The notes under the pieces are model-generated. The model had not been told where the DNA came from. It searched no databases and saw only the letters and a list, made by a program, of their open reading frames with translations. Made by a program: the position numbers and the translations under genes. 54,521 nucleotides of DNA from Methanobacteriota archaeon (GTDB lineage Archaea; Undinarchaeota; Undinarchaeia; Undinarchaeales; Undinarchaeaceae), in NCBI GenBank assembly GCA_002687935.1, contig NZBN01000002.1, positions 102,592-157,112 on the forward strand, in the 5' to 3' direction. Shown here piece after piece: positions 27,004 through 36,319 of the stretch (the first letter of the stretch is position 1; the number at the start of each line of letters is the position of its first letter).

Positions 27004-27282
27004 ATGACCAAAGTAACAATTTATACAACTCCAACTTGCGCTTACTGCGCAACGGCGAAGGACTTTTTTGACAAAAATAATATTGAATATGAAGCAATTG
27101 ATATAACAACAAATGTTGAAGGAATGAAGTGGATGCAGGAACGCGGTTTCCAGGGAGTCCCAGTTATTGTGTTAGGAGAAGGTGACAAAGAAGAAATACT
27201 CCAAGGATTTAATGAGGAAGTGCAGGCACAGATAGAAGAAGAACTGGGAATGCGGGGTGACTCAGGAAAAGGATATGGCTGA
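27004..27282 (+). CDS. glutaredoxin / NrdH-like redoxin
   Basis: IYTTPTCAYC, GVPVI, GF. Confidence 0.9.
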   Translation: MTKVTIYTTPTCAYCATAKDFFDKNNIEYEAIDITTNVEGMKWMQERGFQGVPVIVLGEGDKEEILQGFNEEVQAQIEEELGMRGDSGKGYG

Positions 27283-27478
27283 AGGAATAATAACTTGCCC
27301 GAAGTGCGGGCACAAGCAAGGGGCAGAAATACCGGAGGCAGTATGTCAATTTTCCTACCTTTGCTTCGGATGTAAGGAAACAATTTTATCAGAAACAAAG
27401 TGCTGTGTTTTCTGTGATTATGGTGACAGGTCCTGCCACACTGAGAAGAAAGAAACTGAAGTGACGATAGTAGAATGA
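27275..27478 (+). CDS. GDCCVxC-domain-like small Cys-rich protein
   Basis: ITCPKCGH...CFGC...CCVFCDYG..C; ATG 27275. Confidence 0.8.
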   Translation: MAEGIITCPKCGHKQGAEIPEAVCQFSYLCFGCKETILSETKCCVFCDYGDRSCHTEKKETEVTIVE

Positions 27479-27744
27479 AGAGAGTTCATTTATTTATATC
27501 GGGAAAGGTCCAAGGTGTCTATTTCAGAGCTTTTGTAAAAGAAAACGCAGAAAATATGGATGTAAAGGGGTGGGTTCGGAACACAGACAAGGGAGTGGAA
27601 GTTCTGGCAGAAGGAACTGAAGAGAATATTGAAGTTCTCTTAAAAAACTGCGAAGAAGGTTCACCCACCTCTCTTGTTGAAAACCTTGAAATCACAGAGG
27701 GGAAATATACAGGTGAATTCAACAAATTTGCAATACTGCGCTGA
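27475..27744 (+). CDS. acyP: acylphosphatase
   Basis: GKVQGVYFR, GWVRN. Confidence 0.95.
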   Translation: MKRVHLFISGKVQGVYFRAFVKENAENMDVKGWVRNTDKGVEVLAEGTEENIEVLLKNCEEGSPTSLVENLEITEGKYTGEFNKFAILR

Positions 27745-27755
27745 AAGGAGGGAAA

Positions 27756-27902
27756 ATGGACGAAGAAGAAAAGGCACGAAGATATGTGAAGAAGCTTGAG
27801 TCGGGAGAAGAAGTGGGCGAGCACACTGAAAAGCTTGAGATACGCGACTCGATTGAAGACAAAAAGCCAAAGAAAGCCAATAAAGAAAGAATACAAGACT
27901 AA
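27756..27902 (+). CDS. 48-aa charged microprotein (not in ORF track)
   Basis: GGAGG SD before ATG; MDEEEKARRYVKKLESG... Confidence 0.5.
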   Translation: MDEEEKARRYVKKLESGEEVGEHTEKLEIRDSIEDKKPKKANKERIQD

Positions 27903-27982
27903 ATTTTACTCTGAACGCCATAAAGCTTAATAAGATAGCAAGCTTATGGAAAGTAGACTTCTTAGACTGGGAATTATTTTGT

Positions 27983-28450
27983 ATGAAAAAAGACCTTGAA
28001 AAGATTGAAGAAGAGCTTAAAGAAGGTGCTGACCTCGAGGCAATACTTGAAAAATATGACTGGAAGGATTTTGAAAGCCTTGTAGCATCTATATTTGCTG
28101 AGAAAAATTACAGAGTAAAGACTGCTCACAGATTTAAGCACGATGGAAGACATCAAGTTGATGTTCTAGCCCAGGGATTCGGAGAAGTTTTTTGTGTAGA
28201 TTGCAAAAAGTGGTCTGACAGAAAAGGAAAAGTATCTGCCTTGAAAAAATCTGTTCTTGAGCAGAAACTGAGAACACAGGCTCTGAAAAATAGTGAAGGG
28301 CACAAAACTGATGTCTACCCCCTTATAGTAACCTTACTCCAGGAAGAAATCGAGACACATGGAAATATTCCTGTGATTCCTGTGTGGAAGCTTAACAGCT
28401 TTCTTGATGAGTTTCCTCAAAATAGAAAGAACCTGCACAAGGCAGATTAG
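27983..28450 (+). CDS. restriction-endonuclease-like (Mrr-type PD-(D/E)XK) protein
   Basis: WKDFE..VA.IF, QVDVLA, VDCKKW. Confidence 0.8.
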   Translation: MKKDLEKIEEELKEGADLEAILEKYDWKDFESLVASIFAEKNYRVKTAHRFKHDGRHQVDVLAQGFGEVFCVDCKKWSDRKGKVSALKKSVLEQKLRTQALKNSEGHKTDVYPLIVTLLQEEIETHGNIPVIPVWKLNSFLDEFPQNRKNLHKAD

Positions 28451-28494
28451 GAGCGCGAAACATTATTATAAGAACTTAGGCATTTTTACCCGAT

Positions 28495-31335
28495 ATGTTT
28501 GAGAAGGAAAACCTGGAAGAAGAAGTCCGAAAATTTTGGGATAAAAACAAGACTGACAAGAAGGCACTTTCGCTCAATAACGAGGCTAAACCCTATTATT
28601 TTCTTGATGGTCCCCCATATGCAACAGGGCATATTCATATGGGAACTGCCTGGAATAAGATACTGAAGGATTTCTACTTAAGATATAATAGAATGCTTGG
28701 AAAGAATGTCTGGGCAAGACCAGGATATGACTGCCACGGATTACCAACTGAGCTAAAAGTTGAAAAAAAACTCGGAATACGAGATAAAAAGGAGATTGAA
28801 AGCCGTGTTGGAATTGCAAAGTTCAACGAGGAATGTTACAAATTTTCTACAGAATTTATAGGAACGATGAACGAGGAGTTCGAAAACCTTGGAGTCTGGA
28901 TGGATTGGGACAATCCTTACAGAACTCTGGACAAAGGATATATTGAAGCAGGTTGGTTTACTTTCAAAACAGCATATGACAAAGGTCTGGTTTACAAAGA
29001 CAAGTACACAGTACATGTATGTTCAAGCTGCGAGACTGTTGTTTCAAATAATGAAGTTGAATATCAAAAAGTAAGTGATGAATCTGTTTATGTTAAATTG
29101 AAAGTGAAGGGAACAGACAATGAGTACCTGATTATATGGACAACGACTCCATGGACACTGCCGAGCAATGCAGGTGTAATAGCACATCCTGATTTTGACT
29201 ATGTAAAGGTTGAGCTTAATAATGGTGAAAAATGGATTCTTGCAAAAGACTTGGTTGAAAATTTGATGGGAAAAATAGAAGCCAGTTACAAAACTCTTGA
29301 AGAATTTAAAGGGAAAAAGCTCAAGGACCTTGAATATGAAACACCCTTCAGTGATCTTCCACTACAGGAAGGTGTAAATGCGAAAGTCGTTCTCAATGAA
29401 GAGTATGTAAATCTTGAACAGGGGACAGGACTCGTTCACTGTGCCCCCGGCCATGGAACTGAAGACTTTCTTGTTGGAAAGGAAAACAAACTCTCAACGC
29501 TCTGCCCTCTGACAATGACAGGGGAATATACGGAAGAAGCTGGAAAATACGCAGGAAAATACGTAAAAGATGCTGACAGTGAGCTCACAGAAGAACTCAG
29601 GGAAAAGAGTCTTCTTGTAACGACAGAGAAAATAAAACACGATTATCCTATGTGCTGGCGCTGCAAAACACCACTACTTTTCATGGCAATGCCACAATGG
29701 TTCATAAAAGTCAGTGCAATAAGAAAGAAGATTATAGCTGACAATAAGAAAAATGTTAACTGGCCTTATGATTGGGCAGGCAAGCGTTTTGAAGACTGGC
29801 TTCAGAATATGGGAGACTGGCCAATTTCAAGGCAGAGATATTGGGGAATTCCTGTTCCAATATGGGAATGTCAGAAAGAAGATTGCGACGAAGTAAAGGT
29901 TATTGGCTCAATAAAGGAGCTTGGAAAAGACACAGAGAATCTGCATCGCCAGTTTGTTGACCCGATAGAATTCGACTGCAAATGCGGCGGAAGAATGAAA
30001 AGGATAGAAGATATTCTTGATGTCTGGTTTGATTCAGGAATAGCACCTTGGGGCTCTGTCGGCTATCCACAGAAAGAAGAGCCTTTTAAGACTTTGTGGC
30101 CTGTTGATTTTATATTGGAGGGTTCAGATCAGACAAGGGGTTGGTTTAACTCACTTGCAGTTTGTGGAATGCTAACTTTTGACAGAATTCCCTACATAAA
30201 TGTTGTTCAGCACGCATTGGTTCTTGCAGAAGGTGGACTTAAAATGAGCAAGTCTCTCGGAAACATAGTTTCTCCAGATGAAGTTGTTGAAAAATACGGA
30301 AGAGACCATATACGACATTATCTGCTCTACTACGACCCTGCCGAGGACTTTGTATTCTCCTGGGAAAAAATGAATGATGTAAAGAGATTTTTCAATACCT
30401 GGAAAAACACAGTGAAATTCCAGGAACTTTACGGAAGCAAGAAGGAACTCCCAAGTAAAATTGCGCTGGAGGACAAGTGGGTACTCTCCAAATTAAACTC
30501 ACTTATAGAAAAAGTCAGGGAATCTAATGAAAAATACTATGGATTCAAATCAGTTCAGGCAATACAGGAATTCATTGTAAATGACCTGAGCAGATGGTAC
30601 ATCAAACTAATACGAGAACGATTGTGGCCAACTTATACTGGTGAGGACAAAGAAGCAGCCCAAGCAACCTTGTACCACGTTCTCGACAGTGTAAACACAC
30701 TGATGGCACCCGTTCTTGTTCATATGTCTGAAGCAGCATATCAGGACATTTTCAAAGGAGATGGGGATGAAGAAAGCGTACATTTCAGAGAATTTCCAGA
30801 CTTTAATAAGAAGGGCATAGACAAGAAGCTAGAGGAAGCAATGACAGAAGTCAGAATGATTACAGAAGCATCAGCCTCGGCAAGACAGGAAAGTGGTATA
30901 AAGTTAAGATGGCCGGTGAAGAAAATAAGTATTTCAACAAAAAATGACTATCTTAAAAAGAATTTTGATAAAATCCTTATGTTTGTTCTCAATGCAAAGG
31001 AAATTAAATTTGCAGATTCGGCAAAGGGTTCAGTAAAAGCAGAACATGTAAAAGGAGCAATTTTCCTCGACAGTAGTGTGGATGATTCCCTGGAGAAGGA
31101 GTGGCTGATAAAGGAACTTGGAAAGCACGTACAAGGACAGAGAAAGAAAGCCGGTTTCAATATTGAAGATAAAATAAACCTAAGTGTAGACTCTGATATA
31201 AACAGCCAACTTGAAAATGCCGACGAATTGCTTTCTGAAAAGATAGGAATTGGAACATACAGCCTTGGAAAGCTTACAGGAAAGAACAAAAGTGAGTTTG
31301 AATTCCGCGGAAAGAAAGTAAGAATCGCATTCTAG
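28495..31335 (+). CDS. ileS: isoleucine--tRNA ligase
   Basis: DGPPYATGHIHMG, WTTTPWTLP, GTGLVH, ISRQRYWG, KMSKS. Confidence 0.97.
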   Translation: MFEKENLEEEVRKFWDKNKTDKKALSLNNEAKPYYFLDGPPYATGHIHMGTAWNKILKDFYLRYNRMLGKNVWARPGYDCHGLPTELKVEKKLGIRDKKEIESRVGIAKFNEECYKFSTEFIGTMNEEFENLGVWMDWDNPYRTLDKGYIEAGWFTFKTAYDKGLVYKDKYTVHVCSSCETVVSNNEVEYQKVSDESVYVKLKVKGTDNEYLIIWTTTPWTLPSNAGVIAHPDFDYVKVELNNGEKWILAKDLVENLMGKIEASYKTLEEFKGKKLKDLEYETPFSDLPLQEGVNAKVVLNEEYVNLEQGTGLVHCAPGHGTEDFLVGKENKLSTLCPLTMTGEYTEEAGKYAGKYVKDADSELTEELREKSLLVTTEKIKHDYPMCWRCKTPLLFMAMPQWFIKVSAIRKKIIADNKKNVNWPYDWAGKRFEDWLQNMGDWPISRQRYWGIPVPIWECQKEDCDEVKVIGSIKELGKDTENLHRQFVDPIEFDCKCGGRMKRIEDILDVWFDSGIAPWGSVGYPQKEEPFKTLWPVDFILEGSDQTRGWFNSLAVCGMLTFDRIPYINVVQHALVLAEGGLKMSKSLGNIVSPDEVVEKYGRDHIRHYLLYYDPAEDFVFSWEKMNDVKRFFNTWKNTVKFQELYGSKKELPSKIALEDKWVLSKLNSLIEKVRESNEKYYGFKSVQAIQEFIVNDLSRWYIKLIRERLWPTYTGEDKEAAQATLYHVLDSVNTLMAPVLVHMSEAAYQDIFKGDGDEESVHFREFPDFNKKGIDKKLEEAMTEVRMITEASASARQESGIKLRWPVKKISISTKNDYLKKNFDKILMFVLNAKEIKFADSAKGSVKAEHVKGAIFLDSSVDDSLEKEWLIKELGKHVQGQRKKAGFNIEDKINLSVDSDINSQLENADELLSEKIGIGTYSLGKLTGKNKSEFEFRGKKVRIAF

Positions 31336-31369
31336 GAAAGTAATTAAAGACAGTAGGATATTTTATTTT

Positions 31370-31534
31370 ATGGACTGTGCAAAATGCAAAGAGCAGACTG
31401 ATGATGGATTTCAGTGCGAGAGTTGTGACTCAAGTCTGCACAGAAAGTGTGGAAGAAAGTACGGTGGACGATTCCTCTGCAAAAAATGCCTCAAAAATGC
31501 CCGTTTTGAAACAACAATGTCCTCAGGATTCTGA
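31370..31534 (+). CDS. 54-aa C4-H-C3 (PHD-like) zinc-finger microprotein (not in ORF track)
   Basis: MDCAKC-x9-CESC-x4-HRKC-x9-CKKC; TGATG overlap with the Rpp21 start. Confidence 0.75.
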   Translation: MDCAKCKEQTDDGFQCESCDSSLHRKCGRKYGGRFLCKKCLKNARFETTMSSGF

Positions 31535-31863
31535 TGGGGAAAAGGCAGAAAAAGGGAGATAAACTTGTTGTACAGGAACGTATAAGTCGCCTTTTTAGTT
31601 TATCTAGACGAGTGTTCAAAGAAAGTCCTGAGCTTTCTAATAGATATGTAAAACTGGCACGAGACTTGGGAATGCGTTTCCGTGTTAAAATACCGACAAA
31701 ATATAAGAAAGAGTATTGCAAGAAATGTCACACATATCTAAAACCAGGAGTAAGCTCAAAAATAAGACTTAGCCAGAATAGGCAATCAAAGGTAATGGTA
31801 AGCTGTCTTGCATGTGGAAATATAATGCGCTACCCATATTCCAGAGAGAAAGAAAAAGCTTAA
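31534..31863 (+). CDS. rnp4: RNase P protein component 4 (Rpp21)
   Basis: ERI..LF, RYV.LA, YCKKC...L.PG, CLACG..RYP. Confidence 0.92.
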   Translation: MGKRQKKGDKLVVQERISRLFSLSRRVFKESPELSNRYVKLARDLGMRFRVKIPTKYKKEYCKKCHTYLKPGVSSKIRLSQNRQSKVMVSCLACGNIMRYPYSREKEKA

Positions 31864-31895
31864 TAAAGCAATTATTCATAGAGATGTCCGTTCAA

Positions 31896-32411
31896 ATGGT
31901 AAGCACACTTGATATAAACACAAACGCCTTGATTGATGCAGCAAAGGAAGAGCTGAAGACAGTTGAAGCACTAAAAAAGCCTGAGTGGGCACACTATGCA
32001 AAGAGTGGGGCTCACAAAGAAAGACCACCTCAGAATGACGATTTCTGGCAAATTCGCGCAGCTGCTTTAATGAGAAAGCTATACAAGAAAGGACCTATCG
32101 GAGTTTCAAGACTAAGAAAGGAATATGGCGGAAGGAAGAACAGAGGAGCAAAGCCAGAGAAACACTACGATGGTTCAGGAAATGTTATAAGAACAATTCT
32201 TCAGCAGCTTGAGACTGCAGGTTATGTAAAGAAAGTAAAAAGTGGGAGAGAACTTACCGCAACAGGTATGAAATTTTTGGACGGAATATCGCACAAAGTA
32301 GAGAATTTAGAGCAGGATTCTGAAAAGGCTCCAATAGAAAACAAGAAGGAAGTAGCAGAAGAAAAGATTGAAGTTCCGGAAGCAAAGGAAGACAAAACTT
32401 CTGAAGAATAA
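31896..32411 (+). CDS. rps19e: 30S ribosomal protein S19e with acidic tail (start 31884 or 31896)
   Basis: PEWA..KSGAHKERPP, RAAALMRKLY, YGGRKNRG, LQQLE.AG. Confidence 0.96.
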   Translation: MVSTLDINTNALIDAAKEELKTVEALKKPEWAHYAKSGAHKERPPQNDDFWQIRAAALMRKLYKKGPIGVSRLRKEYGGRKNRGAKPEKHYDGSGNVIRTILQQLETAGYVKKVKSGRELTATGMKFLDGISHKVENLEQDSEKAPIENKKEVAEEKIEVPEAKEDKTSEE

Positions 32412-32440
32412 TTTATACAGAGCAGAGTAGTAGACTAATT

Positions 32441-32770
32441 ATGAACGATTCTGAACTTGATAAAATAAGAAAGAAAAAGCTTGCTGAGATGCAGACAGCG
32501 TCAGAGCAGGAAGAAGCTAATGCACGACAGGAAGCTCAAGCAAAAGATCAGGTCGAATCAGCCCTGAAATTAATACTAACAAATGAAGCCTGGGACCGAT
32601 GGAACAATGCGAAGGTGGCAAATCAAAATATTGCTTACTCGGCGGCGATGGCATTGCTTCAGCAGACAGGTGGAAAGGTTTCCCAAAAAATAACTGAGGA
32701 ACAATTGAAGCAAATACTTTCACAAGTAGCTAGCTCGCAGAGACGTGAATTTAATATACGAAGAAAATAA
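32441..32770 (+). CDS. PDCD5/TFAR19-like DNA-binding protein
   Basis: ELDKIRKKKLAEMQ, ILTNEA..R, ITEEQLKQIL; follows S19e. Confidence 0.88.
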   Translation: MNDSELDKIRKKKLAEMQTASEQEEANARQEAQAKDQVESALKLILTNEAWDRWNNAKVANQNIAYSAAMALLQQTGGKVSQKITEEQLKQILSQVASSQRREFNIRRK

Positions 32771-32775
32771 TTGAA

Positions 32776-33930
32776 CTAAAACAGCTTCCTTTGTTTGCTG
32801 AACATTTGACCGACAATTCTTTCTAAATCTTCTTTTGAAATTACGCCACCCCTTAATTCACGGTCACGGAATCCTGAGCTGATTTGGTGGAAATTTTCTG
32901 CTAGAAAACTACCTTCATCATAATAAATATGGAATTTTGCTTTTTTTGATTTTCTGAAAACTGCATCTTCGAGAACGTCCCTTGTATCACGTGGACCTTT
33001 GAGTTTGAATAAAACCAATTTATTTGTTGCCGTAGGAATACCATAAACAGGGGACTGTCTACTTCCAATGGAAGTCAAAATGTTGCCGACAGTGCAGTTG
33101 TTAACAACAATATCATTTGTCAGAAGAGTAGCCGCCGAAAAAAGTCTGTCTGCAACAAGATCTTTTATATAGATTTTTCCCTTCACGAGAGCGACTACGA
33201 ATGCTTCAGAAATTTTTGAATTTTTTATTATAACACTGACATCGACATCTTTTCCTCCATCTAGAGTTCCAAGAACTGCCCTCTTGAACAGCACAGGAGA
33301 TCTGCGCTTGTAATCAGAAATTTCTGTGATTTCTACACGGCCAGATACATGAGCACGTTCAAAGGCAATTGAGATAGAGCTGTTCTCAATAGTAGCTCCT
33401 TCTATTTGGGAGACATTTTGATTTGAACCAGTTGCACTGAATAGGGTTTCACACTCTACATTTCTGAGAATCATTTTTCTCAGGTAAGAACTGTCGCCAA
33501 TAGACTTGCAACGGACTCCACTGATTGTATATGAGCCTGCAAGCTGTGTTCCTTCGAGAGCATGAGAGCCTTTGAGAAGTTCACAGTTTTCAATAAGTTC
33601 ATTGAATGTGTTGCGTTGCTGTCTAGTCCAGTTTGAGACATTCAAGAGTTCCACAGGACCGGAGCTTCCTTGACTGAGTAAGAACTCAGACTCTATTTCA
33701 AGGAGAGCGCTTATGTACACACCTCTTAAAAGTAGTGTTTGATTCTCAAACGAACGCAAATCTGAGAAGAAGTTTCTCTTGTTGTCAACTCTGTCACGTT
33801 TAAATTCACCCCAGTCTTCGTGGCGCAAAATTCGCTTTACCTTCTGAACTTTCTTGTTAAACTCTACAGAGTTTGCAAAACGCCGGTCAGTGGCCCTTTC
33901 GAGAACTTTTGGGATGATAGAATCTACCAT
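32776..33930 (-). CDS. hypothetical protein, possible beta-solenoid central region
   Basis: 384-aa ORF with recurring IxNxx..LF/AF-like units. Confidence 0.65.
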   Translation of the reverse strand: MVDSIIPKVLERATDRRFANSVEFNKKVQKVKRILRHEDWGEFKRDRVDNKRNFFSDLRSFENQTLLLRGVYISALLEIESEFLLSQGSSGPVELLNVSNWTRQQRNTFNELIENCELLKGSHALEGTQLAGSYTISGVRCKSIGDSSYLRKMILRNVECETLFSATGSNQNVSQIEGATIENSSISIAFERAHVSGRVEITEISDYKRRSPVLFKRAVLGTLDGGKDVDVSVIIKNSKISEAFVVALVKGKIYIKDLVADRLFSAATLLTNDIVVNNCTVGNILTSIGSRQSPVYGIPTATNKLVLFKLKGPRDTRDVLEDAVFRKSKKAKFHIYYDEGSFLAENFHQISSGFRDRELRGGVISKEDLERIVGQMFSKQRKLF

Positions 33931-34100
33931 GAGTATGAGCGGGGGCAGATTTTGCCCCCAGAGTCAATTAAGGTTCTCCCTTAATCACCTCAGAAAATGT
34001 TTAGCATTAAGATTATTTAAGTTTTGAAGAAACATGATTTACTCACTCAGAAAGCGCCCTTCCAAGAAGGTTGGCTACAGGGGATTTATAATATAAATAG

Positions 34101-34745
34101 ATGAAGAACAACAATATTCGCATGGAACGCAAGTACATTTCTATATGGATTGTTGCAATAACTTCAGGAGCATTTTTGCTGCAAATGAATGCCCCGATAA
34201 CAGACAGTTTTGCTCTTATTTCTAGTCAGGTCGCCATTCACCCATGGACCCTCATAACACATATGTTTATGCACGGTGGAGCGACACACTTACTTTACAA
34301 TATGTTCGCCCTGGCTCTGTTCGGAACAATTCTTGAAGTAACAATTGGATGGAGAAAATTCTTGGTCATATATTTTGTTGGGGGATTAGTTGCCGGGCTT
34401 GCAGCAATACCATTTTACAATGCGTCAATAGGAGCGAGTGGTGCAGTTTTCGCAGTAATGGGAGCACTTGCTGTCCTGAAGCCAAAAATGATAGTTTACG
34501 TTGGCTGGATACCGATGCCGATGGCAGTTGCTGCTGCAGTATGGGCGATGGGAGATCTAATCGGAATGTTCGCCCCAAGTGGAATAGCAAATGCGGCACA
34601 TCTTGGAGGTCTTGTTTTTGGACTTGGCTATGCATTTTTACTCTTGAAGGAATTCCACGAGTGGGGAAATAAAAACAAGCGTCACAGCGCAGAAGACGAA
34701 TGGGAAGATTCCTATTTTGATAAGGATGAGATGCGCTGGTACTAG
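34101..34745 (+). CDS. rhomboid intramembrane serine protease
   Basis: HMFMHG..HLLYNM, GASGA, AHLGG. Confidence 0.95.
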   Translation: MKNNNIRMERKYISIWIVAITSGAFLLQMNAPITDSFALISSQVAIHPWTLITHMFMHGGATHLLYNMFALALFGTILEVTIGWRKFLVIYFVGGLVAGLAAIPFYNASIGASGAVFAVMGALAVLKPKMIVYVGWIPMPMAVAAAVWAMGDLIGMFAPSGIANAAHLGGLVFGLGYAFLLLKEFHEWGNKNKRHSAEDEWEDSYFDKDEMRWY

Positions 34746-35410
34746 GAAGAATTTACAAGTCCGTTTTTTGGACATATTTTTTTGAAAGGACATTCAGAAC
34801 ATTTTGGTTTTCTTGCAGAGCAAGTGTCCCTGCCGTGATAAATAAGAAGTAATGAAAATTTGTCCCAGTCGGCTTTTGGAATTAATTTTACCAAGTCCTG
34901 TTCAATTTTTACAGGATTTTTATGCTCAGTCAGACCAAGCCTGTAGGAAACACGTTTAACATGAGTGTCGACAGCAATTCCATCATTTATGCCGAAGGCG
35001 CTGGAGAGAACTATATTCGCTGTTTTTCTCGCGACTCCGGGCAAAGTTATCAAGTCCTCCATTGTTTGAGGGACCTTTCCTCCGAAATCTGAAATGATTT
35101 TCAAGGAGGAGCCTTTAATGTAATGAGCCTTACTCTTGTAAAACCCTGTACTTTTTACAAGGTTCTCGAGCTCCGTCTGCTCAGATTCAGCAAAATCTTT
35201 TACTGTTCTATATTTCTTAAATAAAGCAGGAGTAACCTTGTTTACCTGCTTGTCTGTACACTGTGCAGAAAGAATTGTTGCAACAAGAAGTTGGAGAGGA
35301 TTTTTATGACGGAGTGCAGTTCTGCTGACAGGATGTATTTTATTAAGAGTTTTATAGACTTTTGAGGCTCTTTTTTTAATAATCTGAAGAGAATCTTTTT
35401 TTCCTTCCAT
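34742..35410 (-). CDS. nth: endonuclease III
   Basis: LSAQCTD, LPGVARKTAN, VDTHV, C-x6-C-x2-C-x5-C. Confidence 0.97.
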   Translation of the reverse strand: MEGKKDSLQIIKKRASKVYKTLNKIHPVSRTALRHKNPLQLLVATILSAQCTDKQVNKVTPALFKKYRTVKDFAESEQTELENLVKSTGFYKSKAHYIKGSSLKIISDFGGKVPQTMEDLITLPGVARKTANIVLSSAFGINDGIAVDTHVKRVSYRLGLTEHKNPVKIEQDLVKLIPKADWDKFSLLLIYHGRDTCSARKPKCSECPFKKICPKNGLVNSS

Positions 35411-35464
35411 CTTAGCACTTATGACTCCCGCGAATATTTATACATAGGGAAACATAAGCAAGAT

Positions 35465-36319
35465 ATGTTTGGACGAAAGATTACGAAGCTCACAGGAGGA
35501 GTTGGAGTTCAGGAATATCCATACATAGATGGGCGGCTCAGAACGCTTTTCAGGGAAAACGGAGTTTTGGACACAGGAGATAATAGAATACGGAATGTTC
35601 TTCTCGTTGACCCGTGGTGGAATGATGATGCAGACACTATTTTTGGAACACCTTTTCTACTGAATCATTTGCTTCAAGGACAGACCAACATATACGCACT
35701 TTATTCCAAGCCAGTTGATATGAAATATTTTGAAAATCTGAAGAAAACTGCAAATAAAGGATATAATGACGAGAACGCAGGATTTGACGCTGAAAATATT
35801 TTCGTTGCCGGAGGCGTTAATCCTGAAGACGGAAGAAGGGGTTTTGGAAAAACTGGATGGCGCCTCGAAGAAAACTCTTTTCAGCTGGTTTTCAAACCAA
35901 AACAGCAGAACCTCATAACAAATGGGGCATTCGAACTCTATAATTATATTCTCGAAGAAGGTGGAGTTCTCTTCGCAACCTTGGAAGGTGGTATTGTAAG
36001 AAGAACTGAAAATATAATGTGCGGATGGAACTATAGGAGGCGAAGGGCAGAGCCTGAAGAGAGGCTGGAGCCAAGAGAAAGAGCATTCAGAGTGGCGCCG
36101 GAGCTGTCAGAAGTGGAGAGGTATGCAGGAGGACCATTCGCTGGAGATGAGAGAAATTTCATACAAAGAGCAAGACATTGGAAAATTTATGTAAAGTGTG
36201 ACAGAAGACGGCTGAGAAGAGGAAATGAGGAAATATGGAGATTTTTGCGAGATAAGAGAACAGAATTAAAACCCCTGAGGATACTTCCACCTCAAAATTA
36301 TCCAGGTGGAGAAAACTAA
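35465..36319 (+). CDS. hypothetical protein (Gly/Arg-rich)
   Basis: 284-aa ORF with TATA-like element upstream. Confidence 0.65.
   Translation: MFGRKITKLTGGVGVQEYPYIDGRLRTLFRENGVLDTGDNRIRNVLLVDPWWNDDADTIFGTPFLLNHLLQGQTNIYALYSKPVDMKYFENLKKTANKGYNDENAGFDAENIFVAGGVNPEDGRRGFGKTGWRLEENSFQLVFKPKQQNLITNGAFELYNYILEEGGVLFATLEGGIVRRTENIMCGWNYRRRRAEPEERLEPRERAFRVAPELSEVERYAGGPFAGDERNFIQRARHWKIYVKCDRRRLRRGNEEIWRFLRDKRTELKPLRILPPQNYPGGEN

Noticed and set aside
31377-31562. 61-aa ORF from the track
   Set aside because: The alternative frame 31370-31534 has an ordered Zn-ligand pattern and a clean TGATG junction
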